Shown piece by piece: positions 33,847 through 46,800 of a stretch of 64,000 nt of DNA (position 1 is the stretch's first letter; each line of letters begins with the position of its first letter). Origin of the DNA: Flectonema sp. DT1601. Its lineage: Eukaryota. The stretch spans positions 124,001 to 188,000 of the forward strand of contig OZ025780.1 in assembly GCA_964019425.1 (NCBI GenBank), written 5' to 3'. Position numbers and translations under genes: made by a program. A model generated the notes under the pieces. It was given only the letters and a program-made list of their open reading frames with translations, was not told the DNA's origin and made no database searches.

Positions 33847-36800
33847 TTACTTTCTCTTTCCTCATTACATTTGGTCTCCAATTCGTTCGACAGAAGAACA
33901 AACCTTTGATGGTAATTAAAGAGCGCCATTTCCGATAGGTCTGCTCTCTGAGTCAGATTTGCGAGCTCACGTTTCCTGTAATCTTCCACTAAGTCATATT
34001 GTCGAACTAGTGCAGAAAGAGAAGTCTTCGATTCATCGCGTTCTGCTGTTAACCGTTGAATTACTCCTTCCAGAAGTTCATATTCTTTTCTATCTTTTTC
34101 AATAATTAAAACAGGGGGCGCAGGAGGAAGTGAGGATGGATCCTGGTTGGTAGCTTTGATCTCAACAGGTAATCCATTTAGTAACTGCTTGTCTTTCTCG
34201 AGGGAGGCTGACATCGCATTAAAGTAAAATAAAAATAGAACATAAAAAATTCGTTCTTTCATTTGCTCTAATTCGTTTTCTAAAATCTGGCATTTCAAGG
34301 AAAGTTTCAGCCTTAATTTTCCTTCTTTTTTTTTGTACAAGGGGGTTTGAGAACCCATGTCAGATTGAGTTCTTATCACTATAGCGAAATCAGCAGGAAG
34401 TGTTTGCGATCCCGTTGACATGAGTTCAGGTGGGGGAGTCTGGAAAGAGATGGAAGAAATAGAAGAGAATGACAAGGAGAGTCCAGTGAGCTCATCCTCA
34501 TCTAACAAAACAGAAGGGGCCGGGGAGGAAGAACCATTGGCAATAAGTAGAATAGAAAGAGCCGATGCGTAACAAGTTTGCCAGATAAAACATTTCTCAA
34601 GCCACGATCTTTCAATGGTGAGCTTTTCGATCGTTTTCAGTTTTGTTACTTTGTGGATTTTGACTTCTTCCACAGGGAAGATTTCTTTACCATCTTTTAT
34701 AAAACTTGCAGTGGCAGGTTCTTCTTTAATGCTGCGCATTAGTGGTCTTGAATGCCACGTGGGGAGGTTCCTCGTCTGGAACAGAACATATGAGCACTGT
34801 CTGGCGATTCTGGTGCATTCACAAAATAAAGCTTTTGTTGGTGCTAAAGGTGAACCGATGTGACGTGTCCAGATGTTCAGCTGGTCCATGCAGATGTTTC
34901 CTCGTACGCCAACTTCAATAGTAAAAATGTTACAGTCGAAGCCATTAGCGATGATCGAGTCTCTTAGCTTTAGGTATTTCTTTTCCTTTAAGACATGAGA
35001 GGTTTCGAAACGATCTTCATTTGGACACGTCAGCTCCAGAATCAGTGCTCTTTTCGCAAAAAAAGAATAAATAAAAATGTCTGGTCTTAGAGAGGACGAG
35101 ACATGGCACACTTCAAGAGGAACAATTAGGCGGTTATCACCGACATCGTCGAGGATGACCCAATCATTCGCTAGTGAAAGTTCGCCTGTCTCTTTAGAAA
35201 TTCTTTCTAGGGGTTTATTTTCCCCTGTTTTTAAAAAAGTTTGAGAGGGAGGCGGGAGGTTTTCTTTTCTTTTGTTGGCTTTTATTATCAACTCTTCCAA
35301 GAAGATAACAATGCGTTTTAGAACGCTGTCGTGACGCCACGTGAACCTCCCTTGTGTTAAAGAGACAGGACAGCCTGTTAAGACATGCCTGAGGGTAGGA
35401 TTCACTTTGCCACACAAAACACAATTTTGGTCCACATTGGTGATGTTCCACCTCTTTAAATTATCTTGTGAGGGGAGGGTGTTTGTAACCGCTTTCAGTT
35501 GAAATGAGATATAGGCAGGATTTCCCTCCCTAAGTACCTTATTCCAGGTGAAGTCGTTTATCATACATTTAGACCACTCCTTCCATTGACCTTGGACTTG
35601 TAATTTATTCAAAGAGTTCAGTAGTTCATCTGTGGCTTCCACTTCAAAACGCTTAAGGAGATCGGGGCGAGTAGTACGTAGATCGCGCAATCGGTGACCA
35701 AGACCAGCTGATTGCTTCGCAAGAGAACGGTAAGAAAAAAACTTAATAAGGCGCTCCCACTCAGCAGAAGCTGAAAACTTTTTCGACCAGTTGGACGATT
35801 TCTCCATAATAACATTGTAGACACCGTGCATGTCAGAGTCCTGTGAGGATCTGAGGATGTCTAGTTTAATTGATTGCGCTTGTTTATATAGCGTCTCAAC
35901 TCTTTTGTGTCTGAGACCAACAGTGTTCTTTGAACCGGTAAAAAGGATGACTGTGTTCGCAGAGCGGACAAATCCCCACCATTTCTTCAAAAAAGGTTTA
36001 ATAATTTTGTCCATTTTTTTGGCAAAAGGGAGAGATAAGTCATGGATCATTAAACTCCATGTTAACCTTGACAATAACAAGTGTTGGACAGACCAAGCCT
36101 TCTGAGACCCATATAGTGGCATGGCGTCGACTTTTTTTAAAAAATTCCTGGTAAAAGTGGTCAGGCGCTCTCGCAATTTCTGTTCTTTGGCGTTCGGCTC
36201 AAACCAACGCCCGAGGTATTTGAACTCTCCAGCTTCCTGGAGATTCGTAATCGGAACATTGTTAATCTTCAGGTCCGGGTTAGCTGGTTTCCCTTGTACA
36301 AAGCTGTGGGCAATGCATTTCTGGGGTTTCGCTTTCATACCTCGAGACCAGGAAAGAAACTGTTCGAGCGACTTGATTAGCAATTTTGCCCCCGCCTTTG
36401 ATGACGTGGTAAGTTGTAAATCATCAGCAAAAGCTGCAACTAATAGTTGGAGGGATTTATTGTTAAACTCGTAGGCTTCCTGTTGATGAACTGCTAAGGA
36501 AAAGAGCAGTAGTTGGAATACCAAATTAAAAAGGGTTGGGGAGGAAACGCAGCCTTGAAAGACACCAACTTCAAAAGGGATAGTGGGCGTCAGGCCTTCT
36601 CCAACTCTGATTTGGACGCGCATGGAGGAATAATACCTTTTATAGAAACCGATTATTCTTTCGTGAATTCCGAAATATTTTAAAGCAAAGAAAATTAATT
36701 GATGTTTGACTGAGCCGAAAGCATCTGCCAAATCCACCCAGACAATTGTTAGGTTTTTCCGGAGAGCTTTCACTTCTTTAAAAATCTCTGAGGTGATCGT

Positions 36801-37280
36801 GGCATGTTCGATACACCCAGAGACACCTTTCCTAAAGCCTTTTTGAAAATTAAATTTAGAAAGAGTGTGGCTTGCGACGGCTTCCTGAATAACCGTATTA
36901 AAAATTTTCCCGTCGCAGTTGCCCACAGCTATCGGTCTCGTTTTCGAGATGTCTTTCCCATCGGAGTTGGGCTTTGGGAGCATTGTTACAAATGCTAAGC
37001 CCCAACTATCCGGATAGGCCTTGAGTTCGAAAATTCTCTTTAATACCTTGTAAAGTGCTTCCATAAAAGTTGGGACCTTTTTCCATACAACATAAGGTAT
37101 GCAATTGGGACCAGGGGCACATTTGTTTTTTTTCTTTGATAAGAGAATACCAAACTGTTCGAAGCTCGGGAACTGGATATCATCCATTGTCTTGTAGTCA
37201 GACTTAGGTAAAAAAGAGGGATGGGTGAAATCAGTTTTTTTTTTTTTCATTGTCACAATAATTGTTTTTAAAATGTTCAA
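33847..37280 (-). pseudogene. Copy A ORF2 (RT, CCHC knuckle, RLE, part of the extension), interrupted at 33847
   Basis: Matches the 1406 aa ORF up to ESKI. Confidence 0.9.
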
Positions 37281-38187
37281 TTATTTTTTCCTCTGGAATA
37301 TCAAGGGAGGGGGGTTGAGGATCTTCTTTTTGGAGTTCTTCTTTTATGGCAGTAAACGGATTTTGACGAAATTTATCTTGTAATTTTTTGAATAAATTTT
37401 TCTTTTCTAAATTCCGATACATTCGGAAAATCCTTTTCATTCTCGTTCTTGCCTCTTTCCATTTGACAGCGTTCTCTATAGAAGGCCCAGATTTGCGGAG
37501 CTCCTGTCTTAGCTGTTTCATTTCCAGACGACATTCAAGTTTTTCTTGGTCGAGGATGACCTCTTCCCTTGATTTCTGTTTGCGGGGTAAATTCCGCTTT
37601 GTTTCTTCAAAGAAACCGCTACATATTTGATAAACCGTTTTGAGTAGTTTATCAAGTTGGTCGGCAGGTTTTGAAGAGTTTTCTGTTTCGACGGTGAAAG
37701 TTTGAAGTTTTTCTGCAGCAGAAACGTCGATGTCCTTCCATTCAGTTCCAAAAGATCGGAATTTGAGACGAGACGGGTGTAACGGGGTAAAAGTGGGTGT
37801 TGTAGAGTTATAAGGAACGAAAGCTGTTTGTGAAGTTTTAAAATCTACAGATTCTCCTACAAAGGGAGGTTCCAGGTCTGAATTATTCCCTGTGAGGGGA
37901 GACAGAGGTGTACCTTTACATGTACCGTTAACACAGTGTTTCGCTCTCGTAGCGATACTTTTGAAAAGCTTACCACATTCTGGACAAGGTAAGTGGTAAC
38001 AATCTTTAACTTGGGAGTGGGTAGATGGGGGAAAACGTGACTTATAGTCCTTAAATTCCTTACTAAACTTACAGTTACGTCTAAAATGCGCAACTGGACC
38101 TTTGAGGTATGTCTCAAAACATAAAGGACATTTGGCTACTAAAGTTTTATCCCCATCCAGAGCCGATCTCGAAATAGCCTCTTGCAA
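37231..38187 (-). CDS. Copy A 5' ORF (two zinc-finger motifs, basic helical region)
   Basis: CPLC...H....C and CPECGKLF.......H.....C motifs. The ORF-track start is TTG. Confidence 0.8.
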   Translation of the reverse strand: MQEAISRSALDGDKTLVAKCPLCFETYLKGPVAHFRRNCKFSKEFKDYKSRFPPSTHSQVKDCYHLPCPECGKLFKSIATRAKHCVNGTCKGTPLSPLTGNNSDLEPPFVGESVDFKTSQTAFVPYNSTTPTFTPLHPSRLKFRSFGTEWKDIDVSAAEKLQTFTVETENSSKPADQLDKLLKTVYQICSGFFEETKRNLPRKQKSREEVILDQEKLECRLEMKQLRQELRKSGPSIENAVKWKEARTRMKRIFRMYRNLEKKNLFKKLQDKFRQNPFTAIKEELQKEDPQPPSLDIPEEKIIEHFKNNYCDNEKKKN

Positions 38188-39074
38188 AGCCTCGGGGGCT
38201 GGGTTGGCTGAGAGATGGTTGCCAGTATCTTTATGACACCGCCGGCCCGGTGTTTCTTTTTTTTTTTGTTGTGAAGTAGCAATAATAAAAAAAAAAAAAA
38301 ATAGAAAAGAGAATGGCTCAGAAACAATATCGATGAGTTAAGATCTTTTTTTTTAAACTATTCCTTTTTTTTTAATTTCGGGCAGCTAACCCTAGAGTTT
38401 TTTTTTGGTAAATACTGTTTAAAGGAAAACGAGCTACGCTCTAAAACAGAAAAATCGGAGTAACTACTTGTTTATAATATATATTTTGATAAATAATGTG
38501 GTTGGCAAATGAATGCCGAAGAGGCAACTTGAGAAAAGCAATTGGATGAGAAGAAACATTGGGTCTTATAAAGCAAAGGAGATAGAGGGGCCTAAAAAGA
38601 CCGCAGAGTGGATAGCTCCACAAAAGGCTGAATTTCGATAAAGTGGGAAGTAACGGACTGGGAGCTTTTGGCTCCTGCCCTATTCCCGATGTAAACTTTC
38701 TTTTTATTTTTATTTTTTTTTTTTAACAGGCCCAAAGGGCGACAATGATGGTTGCTGACCAAGGAATAATATTCAAATGAATTTTCGTTTCAAAGAAACG
38801 AACAGAATTGAGAGAGAGGCAGAGAAAAAAAAAAAAAAAAAAAAGAAAGAATAGAAAAAAAAAAATATGAAGAGGAAATAATCAAACATGAAAAAAAAAA
38901 AAAAACAAAATATAAATAAAAAACGTTGTATGAAAAAGGAAAAAAAGAAAAAAAAAGACCAGAAAAGGAAAGAGAAAATGAAAAGGTATAATATTATTGT
39001 GGGGATATGAGGATAGCAGGGAGATGCTCTTTTTTTTTTTTTTTTTTTTTTTTATTTATTATTTAAAAAAAGGA

Positions 39075-39166
39075 AACAATCAGTTTAGCGTCTCGATCAG
39101 GACGGAAAATAGAAATTAATCGACATAGTCGATCGATAGAAAAAAAACAATGATAACATTGTTTAT

Positions 39167-39199
<33 letters not shown>

Positions 39200-39453
39200 C
39201 TTTTAATTATTTTAAAGAAAAAACAATCAGTTTAGCGTCTTGACCAGGACGGAAAATAGAAAGTAATCGACATAGTCGATCGATAAAAAAAAAACAATGA
39301 TAACATTGTTTATTCCTTTTTTTTTTTTTTTTTTTTTATTCTTTTCATTTATTTTTAAAGAAAAAACAATCAGTTTAGCGTCCTGACCAGGACGGAAAAT
39401 TGAAAGTGATCGACATAGTCGATCGATAAAAAAACAATGATAACATTGATTAA

Positions 39454-39486
<33 letters not shown>

Positions 39487-42330
39487 TTTTAATTATTTTT
39501 TAAAGAAAAAACAATCAGTTTAGCGTCTTGACCAGGACGGAAAATAGAAAGTGATCGACATAGTCGATCGATAAAAAACAATGATAACATTGTTTATTCT
39601 TTTTTTTTTTTTTTTTTTTTTTTTAATCCTTTTTATTATTTTAAAGAAAAAACAATCAGTTTAGCGTCTTGACCAGGACGGAAAATAGAAAGTGATCGAC
39701 ATAGTCGATCGATAAAAAACAATGATAACATTGTTTATTCTTTTTTTTTTTTTTTTTTTTTTTTTTAATCCTTTTTATTATTTTAACCCTCTAATAAGAG
39801 GCTAAAAACCCTGTTTTTGAGAAAAATCGAAAAAATTGACAAAGGAGAAAAGGGGTGTGGGGAAAAATACAAAAAAATTACAGGGTGAAAGACACCCCCC
39901 CGCGCATTGAAAAAAAACTGAGGTCAGCCCGCAAGGGGGCCAAAATAACTTGAGAAAATGCAACAACAGCCTAAAAAAACACTGTTACTTAGGACCCCCG
40001 GGTTCGCTTTGATTTTGGCAATGTTGTAGGAGTAGAGTGCTTCCGTTTCATGTTTTTCGGTGGGATATGATTGTGTGTAGCAAAGGTATGGTTGTTGCAA
40101 ACAGGGGCTGAATACTTGTCAATATTTTCGTGATATTGTTCGAAGCAGGGATCCATGCATAAGAAAACCTCGCTTTTTGAACAAGAAATCGATGACGTTA
40201 CTTTTTTTGAGAACAAACCCGTGAACTGCAGTCCCCAAAAATACCGAATTTTCGTAGGTAGTGACATTTTGTGTGAGTTTGGTGTGTTCCGTGAACAATA
40301 AGTTGAGAACATAGCCTCTTTTTGAACTGAGCATATGTCCCGACGTCTTTTTCAGACTTCTTTTGGAGGGTGAAAACATTGAAGATAGAAATCTCTAACA
40401 AGTAGTGAAAGACTTTCAGGGTCCAGCGTTTTGTCATCAGAGTTCTTCTTGCCTTCCCCCTGATACCGTCTACGAGGTCAACACCACCCATCAGTTTGTT
40501 GTACTGATGGATCTGTACCAGTAAGTCGATAGTCACTTTTTGATAGATTTCCTTATTTTAGTCCATCACGTGGCTGTCTCATAATTCTCCTCGAGAGGCA
40601 ATGTGCTGAAGACATGTACTTCTTTTGGATTGTCCCTGAATTTATGTGATGCACATTGTGCTAGGACTGAAAGTACGAGGCAGAGAACTTCTCCACCCGT
40701 CCCTGCGCCTCCGCCTTATTAATCTCGGACCATTTGGGAACTATTGTTTCCCAAAAGCTGCGGATTTTGTAGAGCTTGTCAGTAGGTACGGGGTTGGTGA
40801 CAGTGTAAAACTTTAGATTGGTTAAAAAACAATGATAACATTGTTTATTCTTTTTTTTTTGTTTTTTTTTTTTTTATTCTTTTTATTTATTTTTTAAAGA
40901 AAAAACAATCAGTTTAGCGTCTTGACCAGGACGGAAAATAGAAATTAGTCGACAAAGTCGATCGATAACAAAACAATGATAACATTGTTTATTCTTTTTT
41001 TTTTTTTTTTTTTTTTTTATTCTTTTTATTTATTTTTTAAAGAAAAAACAATCAGTTTAGCGTCCTGACCAGGACGGAAAATAGAAAGTAATCGACATAG
41101 TCGATCGATAAAAAAAAACAATGATAACATTGTTTAATCTTTTTTTTTTTTTTTTTTTTTATTCTTTTTATTTATTTAGAAAAAACAATCAGTTTAGCGT
41201 CTTGACCAGGACGGAAAATAGAAATTAGTCGACAAAGTCGATCGATAAAAAAACAATGATAACATTGTTTATTCTTTTTTTTTTTTTTTTTTTTAAATTC
41301 TTTTTATTTATTTTTTAAGAAAAAAAAGAAAATAGAAATTAGTCGACAAAGTCGAACGATAAAAAAACAATGATAACATTGTTTATTCTTTTTTTTATTT
41401 TTTTTTTTTATATTCTTTTTTATTAATTTTGAAAAAAAAAAACAATCAGTTTAGCGTCTTGACCAGGACGGAAAATAGAAAGTAATCGACATAGTCGATC
41501 GATAAAAAAACAATGATAACATTGTTTATTCTTTTTTTTTTTTTTTTTTTTTTTTAAATTCTTTTTATTTATTTTTTAAGAAAAAAAAACGGAAAATAGA
41601 AATTAGTCGACAAAGTCGAACGATAAAAAAACAATGATAACATTGTTTATTCTTTTTTTTATTTTTATTTTTTTATATTCTTTTTTATTAATTTTGAAAA
41701 AAAAAAAACAATCAGTTTAGCGTCTTGACCAGGACGGAAAATAGAAAGTAATCGACATAGTCGATCGATAAAAAAACAATGATAACATTGTTTATTCTTT
41801 TTTTTTTTTTTTTTTTTTTAAATTCTTTTTATTTATTTTTTAAGAAAAAAAAACGGAAAATAGAAATTAGTCGACAAAGTCGAACGATAAAAAAACAATG
41901 ATAACATTGTTTATTCTTTTTTTTATTTTTATTTTTTTATATTCTTTTTTATTAATTTTGAAAAAAAAAAAACAATCAGTTTAGCGTCTTGACCAGGACG
42001 GAAAATAGAAAGTAATCGACATAGTCGATCGATAAAAAAACAATGATAACATTGTTTATTCTTTTTTTTTTTTTTTTTTTTTTAAATTCTTTTTATTTAT
42101 TTTTTAAGAAAAAAAAACGGAAAATAGAAATTAGTCGACAAAGTCGAACGATAAAAAAACAATGATAACATTGTTTATTCTTTTTTTTATTTTTTTTTTT
42201 TTATATTCTTTTTTATTAATTTTGGGAAAAAAAAAAACAATCAGTTTAGCGTCTTGACCAGGACAGAAAATAGAAAGTAATCGACATAGTCGATCGATAA
42301 AAATACAATGATAACATTGTTTAATCTTTT
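39075..42330 (-). repeat. Hairpin satellite array in copy B, interrupted by a piggyBac fragment
   Basis: Same units as 16565-19410. Confidence 0.95.
39787..40821 (-). mobile_element. piggyBac 3' fragment (degraded transposase C-terminus and right end)
   Basis: TTAA|CCCT terminus. Frameshifted YNKLMGGVDLVD...KRWTLKVFHYLLEISIFN and Cys-rich CSKSEVFLCMDPCFEQYH. Confidence 0.85.
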
Positions 42331-43884
42331 ATAATTTTTTATTTTTTTTTGTTTTAAAAAAAAAAAAAAAAACAAGCGGAATTGATCATAATGGGTGGTA
42401 GGGGTTGTTATAACTTCGTTTGAAAATTCTTCTTTTTTGATTTCTTTTTTTTTTTCTTTTTACAGGAGTTAAGATCACTGTCAGGAGACAACACATTAAC
42501 AAGAGCAGCAAGCAGAGTTGACACTATCAATTCAAATTTGAAATACCGGGAATTAATTTACAAGGAGGTATCTCAAGTGACTTGGTATCTCTAGCGTGTC
42601 GGTATCTCTGGAGTGCTGGTATCTCGTATGTGCGTTGGTATCTCATGAGTGATGGTATCTCTTGTGCATTAGAGAAACGAAAAAGAATGTCATGACCATG
42701 ACGGAAGAATTGAGGAATTGAGTTAACATGTTCAATTTAACTTATTTAAACTTTTTTTTTTTTTTAACAGACCGTAACTATTTGAAAATAAAATGTAGAT
42801 GGGAAACAGTGAAAAGTAAAATGGATGATAAAATTAAATGAGAAATATGACATAACAGACCAGATAGAGAGTATTAAAAGGAAATTGAAAAGGAAAAGAG
42901 AAACTAGGTTAACACTTATTTAAAATTAAGACCGGTTAGTCAGTTTAAGGTCTTGACTAGGACCAACAAAAAAGAAAGAAAAAAAATTAACGATCAAGCT
43001 GAGCTGATCTTGTTTTTATTACAAATAGGGGAGCGGGAGGGATGGAAGGAATAGAGGAAAAAAAAAGAAAAGGTTGATCATTTGGATCTGATCGTCGAGA
43101 AGAAGAAATTATTTTAAAGGTTGATCGGTATAGCCGATCGTTGAGAAAAATAAACAGATATAAATACAATCAGTTTAAATTAAAAAAAGAAAAAAAGATT
43201 AACGATCAAGCTGAGCTGATCTTGTTTTTATTTAAAATTAGGGGAGCGGGAGGGATGGAAGGAATAAAGGAAAAAAAAAAAAAGGTCGATCAATTGGAAC
43301 TGATCGTCGAGAAGAAGAAAACAATTATTTATAAAAAAAAAAATGGTCGGTATAGCCGATCGTTGAGAAAAGAACAGATATAAATACAATCGGTTTTGGT
43401 GATCGACGAGTGGAGCGATCACTTGACAAGAAGGAAAAAGAAAGGACCGATTAATTGGGGCTTTGATTGTATTCCCAAGGCATGTTTTTTTTTTTTTTTT
43501 TATTATTCATTTACATTATTATTATTTTTTTTTTTTTTTAAATTAATAATCACATTTTGTTCAAAAATATTTCATATTAGAGTAAAAGAAAAAGAAAAAA
43601 AGAAATAAGAGAAAAAAAAAAAAAAAAACCATTGCTGGCCCCCTCACCACTCATAGAGGATGAGGAGGCCAGTAAGGCGTCACTCAAATCTATGCCAAGC
43701 CTTGGGAACTTGGATTGGGGTTTAGACCATTTATAATTAACAATTAACAATTAACCTGATTAACGTTATGATCTGACGGACATAAACATATCGATAAAAT
43801 AATACAAACAAAAACGAACAATAAATAATAAATAAGCTAAAAAACTAAATAAACAAAGTGATGTGAAAGTAAGGAAAAAGAGAA

Positions 43885-46800
43885 TTACAAGGGGGTGGAG
43901 TCACCGTGAACGTCATCAGCAGAACATCTCCTTCGATTGTAACGATATCTTGATGGAGGGGTTCGTTTTTTCAGAGTTGAACGCTCAGACTTTCTCGGCG
44001 GAGTTTCATTTTCCTCATGTTCTTCTGTGTCTGGCGGACTCAAACCTTCTGCCCATGAAGCTAATTGGAACTTCAGGGCCGCAATTTGAGACCGTGCCAA
44101 GGCGAGTTGAGCATTTAAATCGCTCGCCAGTCCCGTTAACATCATGGATTGCTCAAGCTGCTCTGCGTGAGTTGTACACCGTTGGTGATTCAGCTCCGAG
44201 AGGCGAAGTTGGGCATCCAGAAGTTGTTCTGAGAGCTCTGCCGCTTTCTCGTTTGTTTCGAGAGAGTCATCTACTGCTCGACAGTAATTCTCGAGTAAGT
44301 CAATCCTACCCTCGGACCATTGTCTCGCAATAGGTGTATTCTCTTTAACGGAGATAACGTGACTCTCTTGTCGTAAAATCTTGGTCGGCGTGCGGTCGAG
44401 AGCTTCACTCTGCGGCATTGTCGGAGGAATTGAGGCTAGAGGACAAAGAGGGGTGATATAATTAAGGGTAGGGATAAGGGGTTTAATAAGAGGAGTAAAA
44501 AGACTACTCGTAGTTGTAAAGAGCGAGAGGTAGTTCTTTGCTATCTTCATCATAGCAACAGATTCATACAGAACGGGGGTTCGGGGGGAAACTTGTTGAC
44601 TAAAGTGGGTCATACGGGGACGCGCGGCACGCAAACTCTCGACCTCCTGTTGAGTATAGAAAAGTCTTATTTTACTTTCTCTTTCCTCATTACATTTGGT
44701 CTCCAATTCGTTCGACAGAAGAACAAACCTTTGATGGTAATTAAAGAGCGCCATTTCCGATAGGTCTGCTCTCTGAGTCAGATTTGCGAGCTCACGTTTC
44801 CTGTAATCTTCCACTAAGTCATATTGTCGAACTAGTGCAGAAAGAGAAGTCTTCGATTCATCGCGTTCTGCTGTTAACCGTTGAATTACTCCTTCCAGAA
44901 GTTCATATTCTTTTCTATCTTTTTCAATAATTAAAACAGGGGGCGCAGGAGGAAGTGAGGATGGATCCTGGTTGGTAGCTTTGATCTCAACAGGTAATCC
45001 ATTTAGTAACTGCTTGTCTTTCTCGAGGGAGGCTGACATCGCATTAAAGTAAAATAAAAATAGAACATAAAAAATTCGTTCTTTCATTTGCTCTAATTCG
45101 TTTTCTAAAATCTGGCATTTCAAGGAAAGTTTCAGCCTTAATTTTCCTTCTTTTTTTTTGTACAAGGGGGTTTGAGAACCCATGTCAGATTGAGTTCTTA
45201 TCACTATAGCGAAATCAGCAGGAAGTGTTTGCGATCCCGTTGACATGAGTTCAGGTGGGGGAGTCTGGAAAGAGATGGAAGAAATAGAAGAGAATGACAA
45301 GGAGAGTCCAGTGAGCTCATCCTCATCTAACAAAACAGAAGGGGCCGGGGAGGAAGAACCATTGGCAATAAGTAGAATAGAAAGAGCCGATGCGTAACAA
45401 GTTTGCCAGATAAAACATTTCTCAAGCCACGATCTTTCAATGGTGAGCTTTTCGATCGTTTTCAGTTTTGTTACTTTGTGGATTTTGACTTCTTCCACAG
45501 GGAAGATTTCTTTACCATCTTTTATAAAACTTGCAGTGGCAGGTTCTTCTTTAATGCTGCGCATTAGTGGTCTTGAATGCCACGTGGGGAGGTTCCTCGT
45601 CTGGAACAGAACATATGAGCACTGTCTGGCGATTCTGGTGCATTCACAAAATAAAGCTTTTGTTGGTGCTAAAGGTGAACCGATGTGACGTGTCCAGATG
45701 TTCAGCTGGTCCATGCAGATGTTTCCTCGTACGCCAACTTCAATAGTAAAAATGTTACAGTCGAAGCCATTAGCGATGATCGAGTCTCTTAGCTTTAGGT
45801 ATTTCTTTTCCTTTAAGACATGAGAGGTTTCGAAACGATCTTCATTTGGACACGTCAGCTCCAGAATCAGTGCTCTTTTCGCAAAAAAAGAATAAATAAA
45901 AATGTCTGGTCTTAGAGAGGACGAGACATGGCACACTTCAAGAGGAACAATTAGGCGGTTATCACCGACATCGTCGAGGATGACCCAATCATTCGCTAGT
46001 GAAAGTTCGCCTGTCTCTTTAGAAATTCTTTCTAGGGGTTTATTTTCCCCTGTTTTTAAAAAAGTTTGAGAGGGAGGCGGGAGGTTTTCTTTTCTTTTGT
46101 TGGCTTTTATTATCAACTCTTCCAAGAAGATAACAATGCGTTTTAGAACGCTGTCGTGACGCCACGTGAACCTCCCTTGTGTTAAAGAGACAGGACAGCC
46201 TGTTAAGACATGCCTGAGGGTAGGATTCACTTTGCCACACAAAACACAATTTTGGTCCACATTGGTGATGTTCCACCTCTTTAAATTATCTTGTGAGGGG
46301 AGGGTGTTTGTAACCGCTTTCAGTTGAAATGAGATATAGGCAGGATTTCCCTCCCTAAGTACCTTATTCCAGGTGAAGTCGTTTATCATACATTTAGACC
46401 ACTCCTTCCATTGACCTTGGACTTGTAATTTATTCAAAGAGTTCAGTAGTTCATCTGTGGCTTCCACTTCAAAACGCTTAAGGAGATCGGGGCGAGTAGT
46501 ACGTAGATCGCGCAATCGGTGACCAAGACCAGCTGATTGCTTCGCAAGAGAACGGTAAGAAAAAAACTTAATAAGGCGCTCCCACTCAGCAGAAGCTGAA
46601 AACTTTTTCGACCAGTTGGACGATTTCTCCATAATAACATTGTAGACACCGTGCATGTCAGAGTCCTGTGAGGATCTGAGGATGTCTAGTTTAATTGATT
46701 GCGCTTGTTTATATAGCGTCTCAACTCTTTTGTGTCTGAGACCAACAGTGTTCTTTGAACCGGTAAAAAGGATGACTGTGTTCGCAGAGCGGACAAATCC

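Larger units (their letters stand above)
14541..38630 (-). mobile_element. RLE non-LTR retrotransposon copy A, full length, interrupted by nested insertions (14745-16315, 20520-20925, 22162-33846)
   Basis: Colinear with copies B and C once the insertions are removed. The ORF halves rejoin across 33847/22161 (compare 44655-44680). Confidence 0.9.

Noticed and set aside
38235..38255. HDV-like ribozyme starting GGCCGGC on the minus strand
   Set aside because: Only the first 7 nt resemble HDV; no downstream P1 complement or nested pseudoknot was found.
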